A stretch of 63,965 nt of DNA, counting the filler, from Craspedostauros australis (lineage: Eukaryota): the NCBI GenBank assembly GCA_030167865.1. It is 7 parts of 7 records of this genome, joined end to end, with 100 filler letters (N's around TTAATTAATTAA, not from the genome) between each part and the next. Parts side by side here need not be neighbours in the genome. Positions count along the whole stretch, not along the records: positions 40,476 to 56,158 come from JALAGF010001029.1; 6 more parts are not named here. The stretch is one strand, 5' to 3'. Both the position numbers and the translations under genes were made by a program. How positions within the stretch are numbered: position 1 is the stretch's first letter; each line of letters begins with the position of its first letter. The notes under the pieces were generated by a model. The model was given only the letters and a program-made list of their open reading frames with translations. It had not been told where the DNA came from and did no database searches. Shown here piece by piece: positions 44,578 through 53,225 of the stretch.

Positions 44578-47139
44578 ATGGCATTGACAGACAACAGGTC
44601 GGGCGATGGCGACGATGCCTCGGAATTCGTGGTAGTGGACGAACCCTCTGCCGTTGCGGATGTCGCAGCGGCTGTACCCACGTCTGTACCTGCCACTGCA
44701 CCCACCGCAGTACCCACTTCTGTACCCACCGCAGTACCCACCGCTGACACAACAGCGGAGGTGGCCCCGGCTTGTGCTGCAGCCGCCCGACTGGCAGCAG
44801 CCACGACGCAGGTCACGGAGGCGACGGACGTCACAGAAATCACAGCCAAGGAGGCAGCCATGGCGACGGACGCCACAGCGGAGGCTTGCGCGGTGGCAAC
44901 TGCCACGGTTCCGTCGATGGACTCCGCGAGGGCAGCTTCCAACATTTCGGACATCTCCGATGGCGCAAATGCGGATGAGGGTGCGGCCTTGCCGGCAGAG
45001 AGCCAAGATCCGAACCCAACTGCAGATGAAAACAACGACACGGCGCCCACACCCGCGGCTGCGTCTGCATTAACCTCCACCGCAAATGACGACGAAACCG
45101 GAGCCGAGTCTGGAGAATCTCTCATCGGAAGGCACGTCAAGACGGACTACGGAATCGGCAAGGTGGTCAACTACCGCGCTTCGGACGGCATGTACATCGT
45201 CACCTTGGAAGATGGTGAGAACGTTTCCGACCGACCAATGCCACTCACGCCCGTGGCCTTGGCTGCGCAGGCGGAGGATTCGTCCGTATCGGTGGCGTCG
45301 TCAACATCAATGGCGTCGTCAACATCAATGGCGTCGTCCGCGTCTGCGTCCGCGTCTACGTCGACATTGTCGGCCCCCAACGATGCACCTGCCTCTCGCA
45401 CGGTCCGAACCAAGAAGGTCGTGCCGCTCACCATCCAGGAGGAGGCAGAATGGGCCAAGAAATCCGCCATGGATCTCAACATCGCGTACCAATCCCTCGA
45501 GAAGATGCGAAAGCTCAATCTGGAACTCGAGTGCTCCGAACTCGGCGTGTACAACGTGGATCACAAGCACTGCACCACGTGCCAGCTCACCAACGTGCAC
45601 AAGCAGAGCTACTTTCCCAAGCTTCAGAAGTTCGTCGACGACAGCAAGAACGCAGACACAACCAAGTTCCCGAGGCTCCAGCGATGGTGGTCATCGTCGA
45701 CGACGCAGGAGCAGAAGGCCAAGAAGACCGTCGTCCTCCCTCGCATCCAAAACCTCCTCGAGGATCGCAAGCGCTCGTCCACGGAACCCTGCCTGATCTG
45801 CGCCGCGCCCTGCTGCTCCAACCACTCCTCGGCCAGCTTTCGCAAGGAGGGCATCACGCTTTGCAACAACTGCGAGCGCTTCTTCGAGCTTGACTTCATC
45901 GTGGACTGCGTATCCTCGCCGGACCCCGCCCTGCGTGCCAAGCACATCGATCACATGGTGGATCTGTACGACCGCTGTCTCCTCCTGCTCAAGTACTCCT
46001 CGCAGTACATCGAGCCCATTGCGCGCTCTTTGGAATCGCGCAAGGAGCAGCAGAACAAGGTGGGGCTCGGCAGCAGCAGCGTCGGCATCCTCTCCGGTTT
46101 CCTGGGAGTTGCCGCGGCCGCCACCATCTTGACACCGGCCGGTCCACCCCTCCTCATCGCGTCGCTGTTCTTCGGCGGCGGAGCGACGGCCGTCCAGACT
46201 GGAAACGACGCCATGAACTACTTCTCCGAACCGCGCAAGCTGGCAGATCGCATCATCGCCCTGCACGGCATGTTGAAATCGGTCCTCCGCGTCACCAGCA
46301 CCCTGCGCGACGCCATGCTCAGAGATCATATCCGCACGGATGCCTACGCCGTGGGCGGAGCAGACGCGAAGCTCACGCCCGAGGAGCTGCAGAAGGCCAT
46401 CGAAAACAACAAGGCCGGGGTTTTGGCAGGCGCGAACGTCGGACGCAGCGTCACGCTGGGCACCGCAGCAGCAGCAGGCGGGTCGGTCGCTACTGCGGAG
46501 GCCGGCGTCATTGGTGCCAGAGCATCCACGGCGCTGTCACGAGCAGGCACGGCGGCTGCCCGGACCGTGCGGTTTGCGAGGTTCGCTGGTGGCGCACTCA
46601 GCGCTGCCGTGCTCGTCATGGAGGCCAACGCCATCCACTCCACGTTGCAATCCATCCAGGCCGGCAATCCTTGCGACAAGGCCGACACGATTCGCTCCAT
46701 CAAGAAGGACATCGAGGAAGATAAGCTGCCCAGCACGTCCGACCTGGACGAGGAATGCCAGACGTACCTGGCCGCCCTGGAAGGACGTTCGCAAGGGCCA
46801 TTCGAGGTTCCAGCATCCGAGTCGGCCACCGTCCCCATCGCCCAGCCGGTCGGCGGGGTCATCGAGGCGCCCATCCCAGTCGCAAACGCAGAGCCGGATA
46901 TCTTGATCCCGGTCATGACGCTGCCGGTCGGAGGTGCTGCTGCTGCGGTTCCGGAGGCTACCGCGGTGGTCAACACGCCTCGCGAAGTAGCCGCGCGAGC
47001 ACCACCTGCAGCCGCTCCACAGCAACCATCATTGCTTCAAAGGATCCGCGACCGTCAAGGGCTGTCCAATGACTCGAACGAGGCCAATGCCGTGGCGGAA
47101 GTCAGCGAGCAGACGGCGGCCCTCGACCTGACGGCTTGA
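44578..47139 (+). CDS. Multidomain protein: disordered N-terminus, SH3-like module, FYVE-like Zn finger and apolipoprotein-L-like hydrophobic domain; 853 aa
   Basis: Intact ORF with strong GC3 bias. GRHVKTDYGIGKVVNYRASDGMYIVTL; CTTC...CLICAAPCCSNH...LCNNC; VGLGSSSVGILSGFLGVAAAATILTPAGPPLLIASLFFGGGA; ARFAGGALSAAVLVMEANAI...AGNPCDKADTIR. Confidence 0.85.
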   Translation: MALTDNRSGDGDDASEFVVVDEPSAVADVAAAVPTSVPATAPTAVPTSVPTAVPTADTTAEVAPACAAAARLAAATTQVTEATDVTEITAKEAAMATDATAEACAVATATVPSMDSARAASNISDISDGANADEGAALPAESQDPNPTADENNDTAPTPAAASALTSTANDDETGAESGESLIGRHVKTDYGIGKVVNYRASDGMYIVTLEDGENVSDRPMPLTPVALAAQAEDSSVSVASSTSMASSTSMASSASASASTSTLSAPNDAPASRTVRTKKVVPLTIQEEAEWAKKSAMDLNIAYQSLEKMRKLNLELECSELGVYNVDHKHCTTCQLTNVHKQSYFPKLQKFVDDSKNADTTKFPRLQRWWSSSTTQEQKAKKTVVLPRIQNLLEDRKRSSTEPCLICAAPCCSNHSSASFRKEGITLCNNCERFFELDFIVDCVSSPDPALRAKHIDHMVDLYDRCLLLLKYSSQYIEPIARSLESRKEQQNKVGLGSSSVGILSGFLGVAAAATILTPAGPPLLIASLFFGGGATAVQTGNDAMNYFSEPRKLADRIIALHGMLKSVLRVTSTLRDAMLRDHIRTDAYAVGGADAKLTPEELQKAIENNKAGVLAGANVGRSVTLGTAAAAGGSVATAEAGVIGARASTALSRAGTAAARTVRFARFAGGALSAAVLVMEANAIHSTLQSIQAGNPCDKADTIRSIKKDIEEDKLPSTSDLDEECQTYLAALEGRSQGPFEVPASESATVPIAQPVGGVIEAPIPVANAEPDILIPVMTLPVGGAAAAVPEATAVVNTPREVAARAPPAAAPQQPSLLQRIRDRQGLSNDSNEANAVAEVSEQTAALDLTA

Positions 47140-47414
47140 TCGCTGATAACGACAGCCGAGATGGATGATACGTACGTATCGTTGGAGTTCCATATTGTAT
47201 ACTCATACACACCATATGATGGCATGACCACCCATACTTGATAGAGACTAATGCATATATAGTACCGATAATCTCGCAGATTAATGACAGATGACGTGTA
47301 TGTATCATTTCTAGTTTTATGCACAATGGCGGTTTCCCGAGACGAGCGCGTGATGAAATACGCTTCGTATCTTATCCACCATGCGTTTTGGCGAGCTGCT
47401 TGACGCTGCTTGCG

Positions 47415-50219
47415 CTACTTGTGTTGTGTGCTATCGGCTGTTTGCACTGAAAGCATGGATGCCATGGCCCATGCCAGGCGTCCCAACTCTCGCGATTGGA
47501 GCTGGTCGAGGCCGGGCGTCGTTGATGGGTGCTTTGATGATGATGATGATGATGATATTGATGTTGAAATCGATAGTGACGAGTCGGTGCCTGGACTGCT
47601 GATCAGGTCGATACTGGCGAGCGCAATCCAACGGACCAACTCTACCAACCGTGAATCGTCTTCGCCGCTGTTCTTCTTCCCATCGCGTCGTTGTTCCTCG
47701 TACTTTGCCAACGCCCATGCAAGATTCGATAGTTCGCCACCTTCGAACCTCGAGATGCACGCTTTGCCTTTCGAATGCAACCCTCGGATGACGTTTTGCA
47801 TGATCTGCTCCTGTAACGGATCATCGAGTTCTGTCACTGCCCATGCCACGGTCGCCAAGTCGGAGGGCGTGAACATCAGCATTGCATCGTCAGCGTTTGG
47901 ATCGGATGGTCGTAATGCAAGCAGATCGTCCGCCGGAGAGGCCGCATCGCTCTCCGTCACCACGATCTCCCTTTCCACCTTGACCGTCTCTCCACCTGCT
48001 GCGGCTTCCAGCAGTTTCTTCGCGTCCACCACCTCAACTTCTTGGGTGCTGTGATGTGACATCGCAGGTGATGCTGAGTTGATTGTCAGGTTCTCGGTGA
48101 CAATTTCGACGTCCATGTCGCTATCGCTGTCGCCATCGCCAATAGGAGCGTCGACATCAGCTTCGTTGTCACGGTGATCACCGTCATCATCATTGTCCCC
48201 GTCATGATCATGATCCATATCTTCGCCAACATCAACTTCGGTAGTCCCAGTGCTCCCTTGCTGTGTGCCTTGAGCTTCAGATCGCAGTAATGTTGCCGCG
48301 TCTACGACTTCCACAGTCGATGTCGATGTCGCTGTTACTGCTGCTGGTGTTGGTGCTATTGGTGCTCCTGGAACTGTATTCCCAGCTGTCGTCGCACCCA
48401 CGCTGGTGCCTTCCTGCAACCACCCGAGCAATCGATCGAACGCCGTTTCACAAAGAACTACGGTCGTTTGTGACATTCCAAGATCATCGTTGTCACCTCC
48501 ATGCGTTGCCATGGCCCAAATGATCTCCACAATTTCGTTCGCGGACAGCCAATCAATCAATGCGTCCTTCGATTCCAACTGGACGTTCGTGCTCGTGTCC
48601 AACGTCGATGCTTGCGATGGTGATCTTTTGGTGTCCGACTGCGCTGCATTGTTGTGCATCTCATCATCGCTGCCAACATCGACGCTCCTGCTATCGTCAT
48701 CGTCATCATTTGTCGCCGCCGCCGCTGCTGCTTCTGCTGTTTCTGACCTTGCCAGTCGATCCACGACATCATTCCCACCGATCACTGTCGATGAGGCAGT
48801 GTCCTGCGCCTTCCTTCGCGCCTCCACGATATCTTGGCACAGAATCGAGGAACACGCCTGGAACAAGGACGGGCTTTGCAATCCAGTCCGCACATGCACG
48901 TGCGCGAAGGTCCACAGCGCCATGGCGGTGTCTTCCGCAAGCTCCTCTGCCAAGGCATCCAGCCGTTCTTCTGGCAGCTCTTCCACGATGGCAACATTCT
49001 CAAAAAGGTCCCCCGTCTTGAGCTGCTTGACGCGCGCCAGCAACAACTCTCGCACCCTCAACGACAACGCGATGAGAACATCCGACAGAGTCTCGCCGCC
49101 AAATCGGACGTTCCACTCCTCGTCGTTGGCGGCGCGCTGCAACGTGGCCAATCCCCATGCGGCGCGGCAAGCATCGCGCACGTTCAAGCCCTCGGTCTCT
49201 TCGGCATCGGCCTCGTCCTCATCTTCGTCGGAATCGTAGTCCGTCGACGCAGCATCTGCTGCGCGATGCGATGGCGTCATGGAAAGCCATTCGCGTTTGC
49301 GTTTGCGGACGTTGACGCCGGACACGATGCATTCCACGAGCTGTTCGAATCGACGGTCCTTCGTGACATCTGCCGCCGATGACGCCGGTGGGTTTCCTGG
49401 TTGCGAATGAAACGGAGGATTGTATAAGACTTGATCGTACTGCCGACAAACTTGTGCCAAGGAACTCACGATGCAGGCAGCAATGCCAGAATCCACGTCG
49501 GACTTGGCGGACCGGATTCGCAGATTGACGTCTGGGGAGTGCTTGATGGCGGGCACTTTGGGTGCAAGGTAATGCAGGAATTTGCGAGGATGTGGTGGCA
49601 GTGGCCGTGCCATGCTGCTGCGGCTGCTGCTGCGACCAGAGCTGCTGCTGGTGTTGGTTTCATCATCGCCGTCATCGCCGTCGTCGTCGTCGTCATCATC
49701 ATCATCATCGTAGATGAGGTCTTCCAAATACTCGGCTCGTCTGGATGTGATGAGCGATCGAAGCTTGAGCGATTCTTTATTCTGCGACACGCCGGATCGC
49801 TTGCGCAAGTCGTCGAGCATGTCGTGCAGCCTCCGGGTCTTCCTTTGTGCGCTTGTTGTCGATGTTTCTGTGTTTGTCATTGCCGTTGTAGTTGTTGTCA
49901 TTGTTGTCATTGTTGTCATTGTTGTCACTGTTGCTGCTGCTGCTGCTGCTTCTTGACGATCCTCTTCTGATCCATGTTGCGACGAGGACTCCAAAGCTCT
50001 AGGTGGAAGCTCAACATCCGCATCATCCAGATCATCCAGAACTTCCACAAGAGCATCGGCACCACCATCTGCGCCACCAGGCGTGACGACTCCCCAAGGT
50101 CGAAACCAGCTGGATGCCTCGCATAGTCGAAGCCCAGCCCACGATGCCGAAGGTGGCGACCACAGAAGAACGAAGACCACGAGCGGCTGTAGTCGTGATG
50201 GCATGATACGATTTTTCAT
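47415..50219 (-). CDS. OPR/HPR-like helical-repeat protein, probably an organellar RNA-binding factor; about 934 aa, C-terminus possibly truncated
   Basis: Signal-like N-terminus. Repeats FTPSDLATVAWAVTEL, FEGGELSNLAWALAKY, LQSRELGRLAWAMASM, LSANEIVEIIWAMATH, AMALWTFAHV and CRAAWGLATL. Confidence 0.7.
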   Translation of the reverse strand: MKNRIMPSRLQPLVVFVLLWSPPSASWAGLRLCEASSWFRPWGVVTPGGADGGADALVEVLDDLDDADVELPPRALESSSQHGSEEDRQEAAAAAATVTTMTTMTTMTTTTTAMTNTETSTTSAQRKTRRLHDMLDDLRKRSGVSQNKESLKLRSLITSRRAEYLEDLIYDDDDDDDDDDGDDGDDETNTSSSSGRSSSRSSMARPLPPHPRKFLHYLAPKVPAIKHSPDVNLRIRSAKSDVDSGIAACIVSSLAQVCRQYDQVLYNPPFHSQPGNPPASSAADVTKDRRFEQLVECIVSGVNVRKRKREWLSMTPSHRAADAASTDYDSDEDEDEADAEETEGLNVRDACRAAWGLATLQRAANDEEWNVRFGGETLSDVLIALSLRVRELLLARVKQLKTGDLFENVAIVEELPEERLDALAEELAEDTAMALWTFAHVHVRTGLQSPSLFQACSSILCQDIVEARRKAQDTASSTVIGGNDVVDRLARSETAEAAAAAATNDDDDDSRSVDVGSDDEMHNNAAQSDTKRSPSQASTLDTSTNVQLESKDALIDWLSANEIVEIIWAMATHGGDNDDLGMSQTTVVLCETAFDRLLGWLQEGTSVGATTAGNTVPGAPIAPTPAAVTATSTSTVEVVDAATLLRSEAQGTQQGSTGTTEVDVGEDMDHDHDGDNDDDGDHRDNEADVDAPIGDGDSDSDMDVEIVTENLTINSASPAMSHHSTQEVEVVDAKKLLEAAAGGETVKVEREIVVTESDAASPADDLLALRPSDPNADDAMLMFTPSDLATVAWAVTELDDPLQEQIMQNVIRGLHSKGKACISRFEGGELSNLAWALAKYEEQRRDGKKNSGEDDSRLVELVRWIALASIDLISSPGTDSSLSISTSISSSSSSSKHPSTTPGLDQLQSRELGRLAWAMASMLSVQTADSTQHK

Positions 50220-51162
50220 GGATCGACCGATCGATCGATGAAGCAGAGGAGGAGGAGGAGGAGGAGACTGAATTGGATGAATGGATGGAGCAGAGGCTGC
50301 CACCCTTGGAGATGAATGAGATGGCCCCAACACTCTTCCACGACGAACTATGAAGTATGAGTGTTCTGCGATGCCATCACTCTCCTCTCTTTGTCATGCA
50401 CGCAGCTCTTTCTTCACGTTGTGTCAAAGTCCGAAAAATTTGAGTTCTCATCACAACATGTCTCTCGCACCATGCGATGATTGGTCAACTGAATCGCACG
50501 TTGTGGGTCGTGGATAAGAACTTCACCTCCGGGTGATGTTCTTTCAGTTCCTTCCATCTGGAACAATCTGCTCGGCTTCTCCCGGCAGATTCGCAGCGGA
50601 GCACTCCGTGGTTTATTTGTCGAAAGTAGAAAAAGATGGATGGAGTAGTTCTGGGATCCGCGCTCTTGAGATCGACCCTGTAAGCGTTCGATTCCGATCA
50701 TACTCACACTTTGACAATGGACTATTGTGCGACAGCATCTTCTTTCCGATGGCACCGTCCCTACATTTCGGAACCACATTCTCTGGTCAACAATCAATGT
50801 ATCCGTGCTTCTGAGCGTATCATGTTCATTCTGTCAAAAAGAGCTTGGTGCGTGCCTATTATGGTAATGGTATTCGGTTGGATCTTGAACTCACAAGTGT
50901 TGACATGGCGACATGGCATCGAGCGTGTGCTCTAATACTCCGCTGTATTGTCCTCTGCAGGTCTTCCATCACGCTACATCGCAGCATTAGTCGTGTCGCA
51001 TTGCATTGCAGTTGGCGCCCTGTTCGCTTGATCTCATTTCAATCCATGACATGTCATTACATGCCACCTCGTTGCATTCAATCGCACCCAACTATTGTAT
51101 CGCACGTACTCTACGAGCACGTCCAATTGTGTCGCATTCCACGAGCATGGTGTTCAGCCCAT

Positions 51163-51618
51163 TCACGATTGCCATGGGAACTTGAATCCGCCCTCCTTGC
51201 GTTTCTGCTCCTTCTCGAGATCCTCTGGATCCACCCATCCCGATTCGAAGTACGGCATGGAGGTCTGCTTGCTCTTGCCGTCCTCGTCGACGAGGTTGTT
51301 GGCCTCCAACGAGAACATGAACTTGCCCGATTCCTCATCGACGCCCTGGAAGTCCCCCAGGAAGGGCGCGCCCATGCCGGCTGTGATGAGCTGCGCAAGC
51401 CCCTTCAGGTCCATCTTCTTCTTGGGGATGGCATCTTCGCCGTCCTTGTCGTCATCGTTCTTGGATTGGAAGGTCGGGATTCCGAATGCCAGGCTCGTGC
51501 TGGTGGAATGTTGCACCGCTGCGTTGGTCCTGCTGGATGGCGATGGGGCGAAGGCTTGGACTTGGCAGCATGTGCCAATGACGGCGGCCATGGCCAGGGT
51601 GTTGATCTGCGACTTCAT
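51163..51618 (-). CDS. Uncharacterised plastid-targeted protein, 151 aa, divergent from PGR5
   Basis: Signal peptide plus QA-FAP motif and a Ser/Thr-rich transit peptide. Compact core GLAQLITAGMGAPFLGDFQGVD..GKFMFSLEANNLVD..QTSMPYFESGWVD. Confidence 0.85.
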   Translation of the reverse strand: MKSQINTLAMAAVIGTCCQVQAFAPSPSSRTNAAVQHSTSTSLAFGIPTFQSKNDDDKDGEDAIPKKKMDLKGLAQLITAGMGAPFLGDFQGVDEESGKFMFSLEANNLVDEDGKSKQTSMPYFESGWVDPEDLEKEQKRKEGGFKFPWQS

Positions 51619-52273
51619 GATGCTGCTGGGTGTGTGACGGTGGATCTGCTCGTTCCAGATTCTGGATTGTTCTCTTTCTTCTGAGTGGAATGCTACTGCT
51701 TCTGCTTCTCGTTCCGTTTGTTGGTGGGCACTCCGAGAATACTCGTATCGGGCACGCCCCGTGCGCATGGCGACACGTGGGATACTCATTGCACCATTGT
51801 CATCAACACCGCCAGCACCACACCAGCACCATCGCCGTGGCCGGCGACGCCACCGAGGTTGGACGCCATCTTGCCTGTTGTCGGTCTTTTGTCGCGGTTT
51901 CAATTTGTGACATCAACTAGGGACTGGATTGGTTCAACAGTCGACGTCATCATGCTGAGTCACGAGCGATGAGCTTGCCAACACAACACGTCACACAACA
52001 AACAGGCTCGAAACAGATCGAACAACCAAACCAAAACGAAGCAAGAGAGACAGATGACGATCGTTGCAGTGATGTTTGTGGCGATTGTGTGTACGATGAT
52101 GACGATGTCTGGTTTGTGTGGATCGTCGCTCGACGCATCGGGTGCTTTTCTCCACCTTCGCGATTCACCGGAGAGGCTCACACCAGGCTCCGCAACCCAT
52201 TGGTACCGACGCCAGAACCCATAACATCACACCATCCCAAGATACATCACAGCACATCACAACAGACAGCACC

Positions 52274-52666
52274 ATGAAGACCATCTCCATCGCCCTCCTC
52301 CTCGCCCTGATCGTGGCATCCGCCAACGCCTTCGTCGTCTCCAGCCAGCAGGGATCCGCATTCGTCATCTCCCAGAGACAGCGGGCCTCCACCACGGCCG
52401 CCGTCGCCGCTCCGCTGCCACGCACAGGCGCCTCCAGCCTGCACATGGGCGGCAAGAACGCCAAGTTCGGCATCTTCTCGCCTGCCGTCTACGGCGCCAA
52501 GGTCGTCCTGGGAACACCACGTTTGAACAAGCTGCGCGGAAAGGGAATCTCCCTGCACAGCCAGGCCATTGGTGAATTCTGCGAATGGGCCGGTGCCTAC
52601 CACCTCCGAACCCGTCTCATCAAGCTCGCCAAGACCAACGGAGACACCCTCGGATTCCTGGTCTAA
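52274..52666 (+). CDS. PGR5: Proton gradient regulation 5 (cyclic electron flow), plastid precursor, 130 aa
   Basis: ASANA-F presequence. GIFSPAV..LNKLRGKGISLHSQAIGEFC..LIKLAKTNGDTLGFLV matches the PGR5 consensus. Confidence 0.95.
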   Translation: MKTISIALLLALIVASANAFVVSSQQGSAFVISQRQRASTTAAVAAPLPRTGASSLHMGGKNAKFGIFSPAVYGAKVVLGTPRLNKLRGKGISLHSQAIGEFCEWAGAYHLRTRLIKLAKTNGDTLGFLV

Positions 52667-53225
52667 ATCCTATCGTTGTCAACGCCTTCGAGCCCTGCGT
52701 TGACACGGAACGTCATAGATCGTGCTCGAGTACGACAATCATTGGGCACAGGCGCAGTACCATTCCATCCATGCCACACTCGTCGGCGATGTGCCCAGTC
52801 CGCTGTCCAAGAGCGTGGCAGAACTCGTTCAGCATACTGCGAGCAGCGTGATCTGTTGACCATTCCATGCCTTTGCTCTACTCTAGTCGAATCGTGGGAT
52901 TGATCCAAGCGTACCAAACAATGATCCCTGGATGCCATCGCACTCGTGCGGCAGCCACGGTCCTTGGTTGCGACGCATGCGATGATGGATCTTTTTGTCG
53001 CTTCCCTTGCTGACGAAATCCATGAAATTGCACCAAGGCAACCACGCAGCCATCATCGTCGTCGTCGTCGTCACACAAGACACAGTGGTCCCAAAGCGCT
53101 ATCTTTCGTCCGGGGACGTCAGATAGTACATATCATTCCACAACTCTAAAGCTAAACAAAACACACATAAAGCAAACGAAAGTACGAGCACGCGTACTAC
53201 TCGACACCATGTTCACTACCCCACC

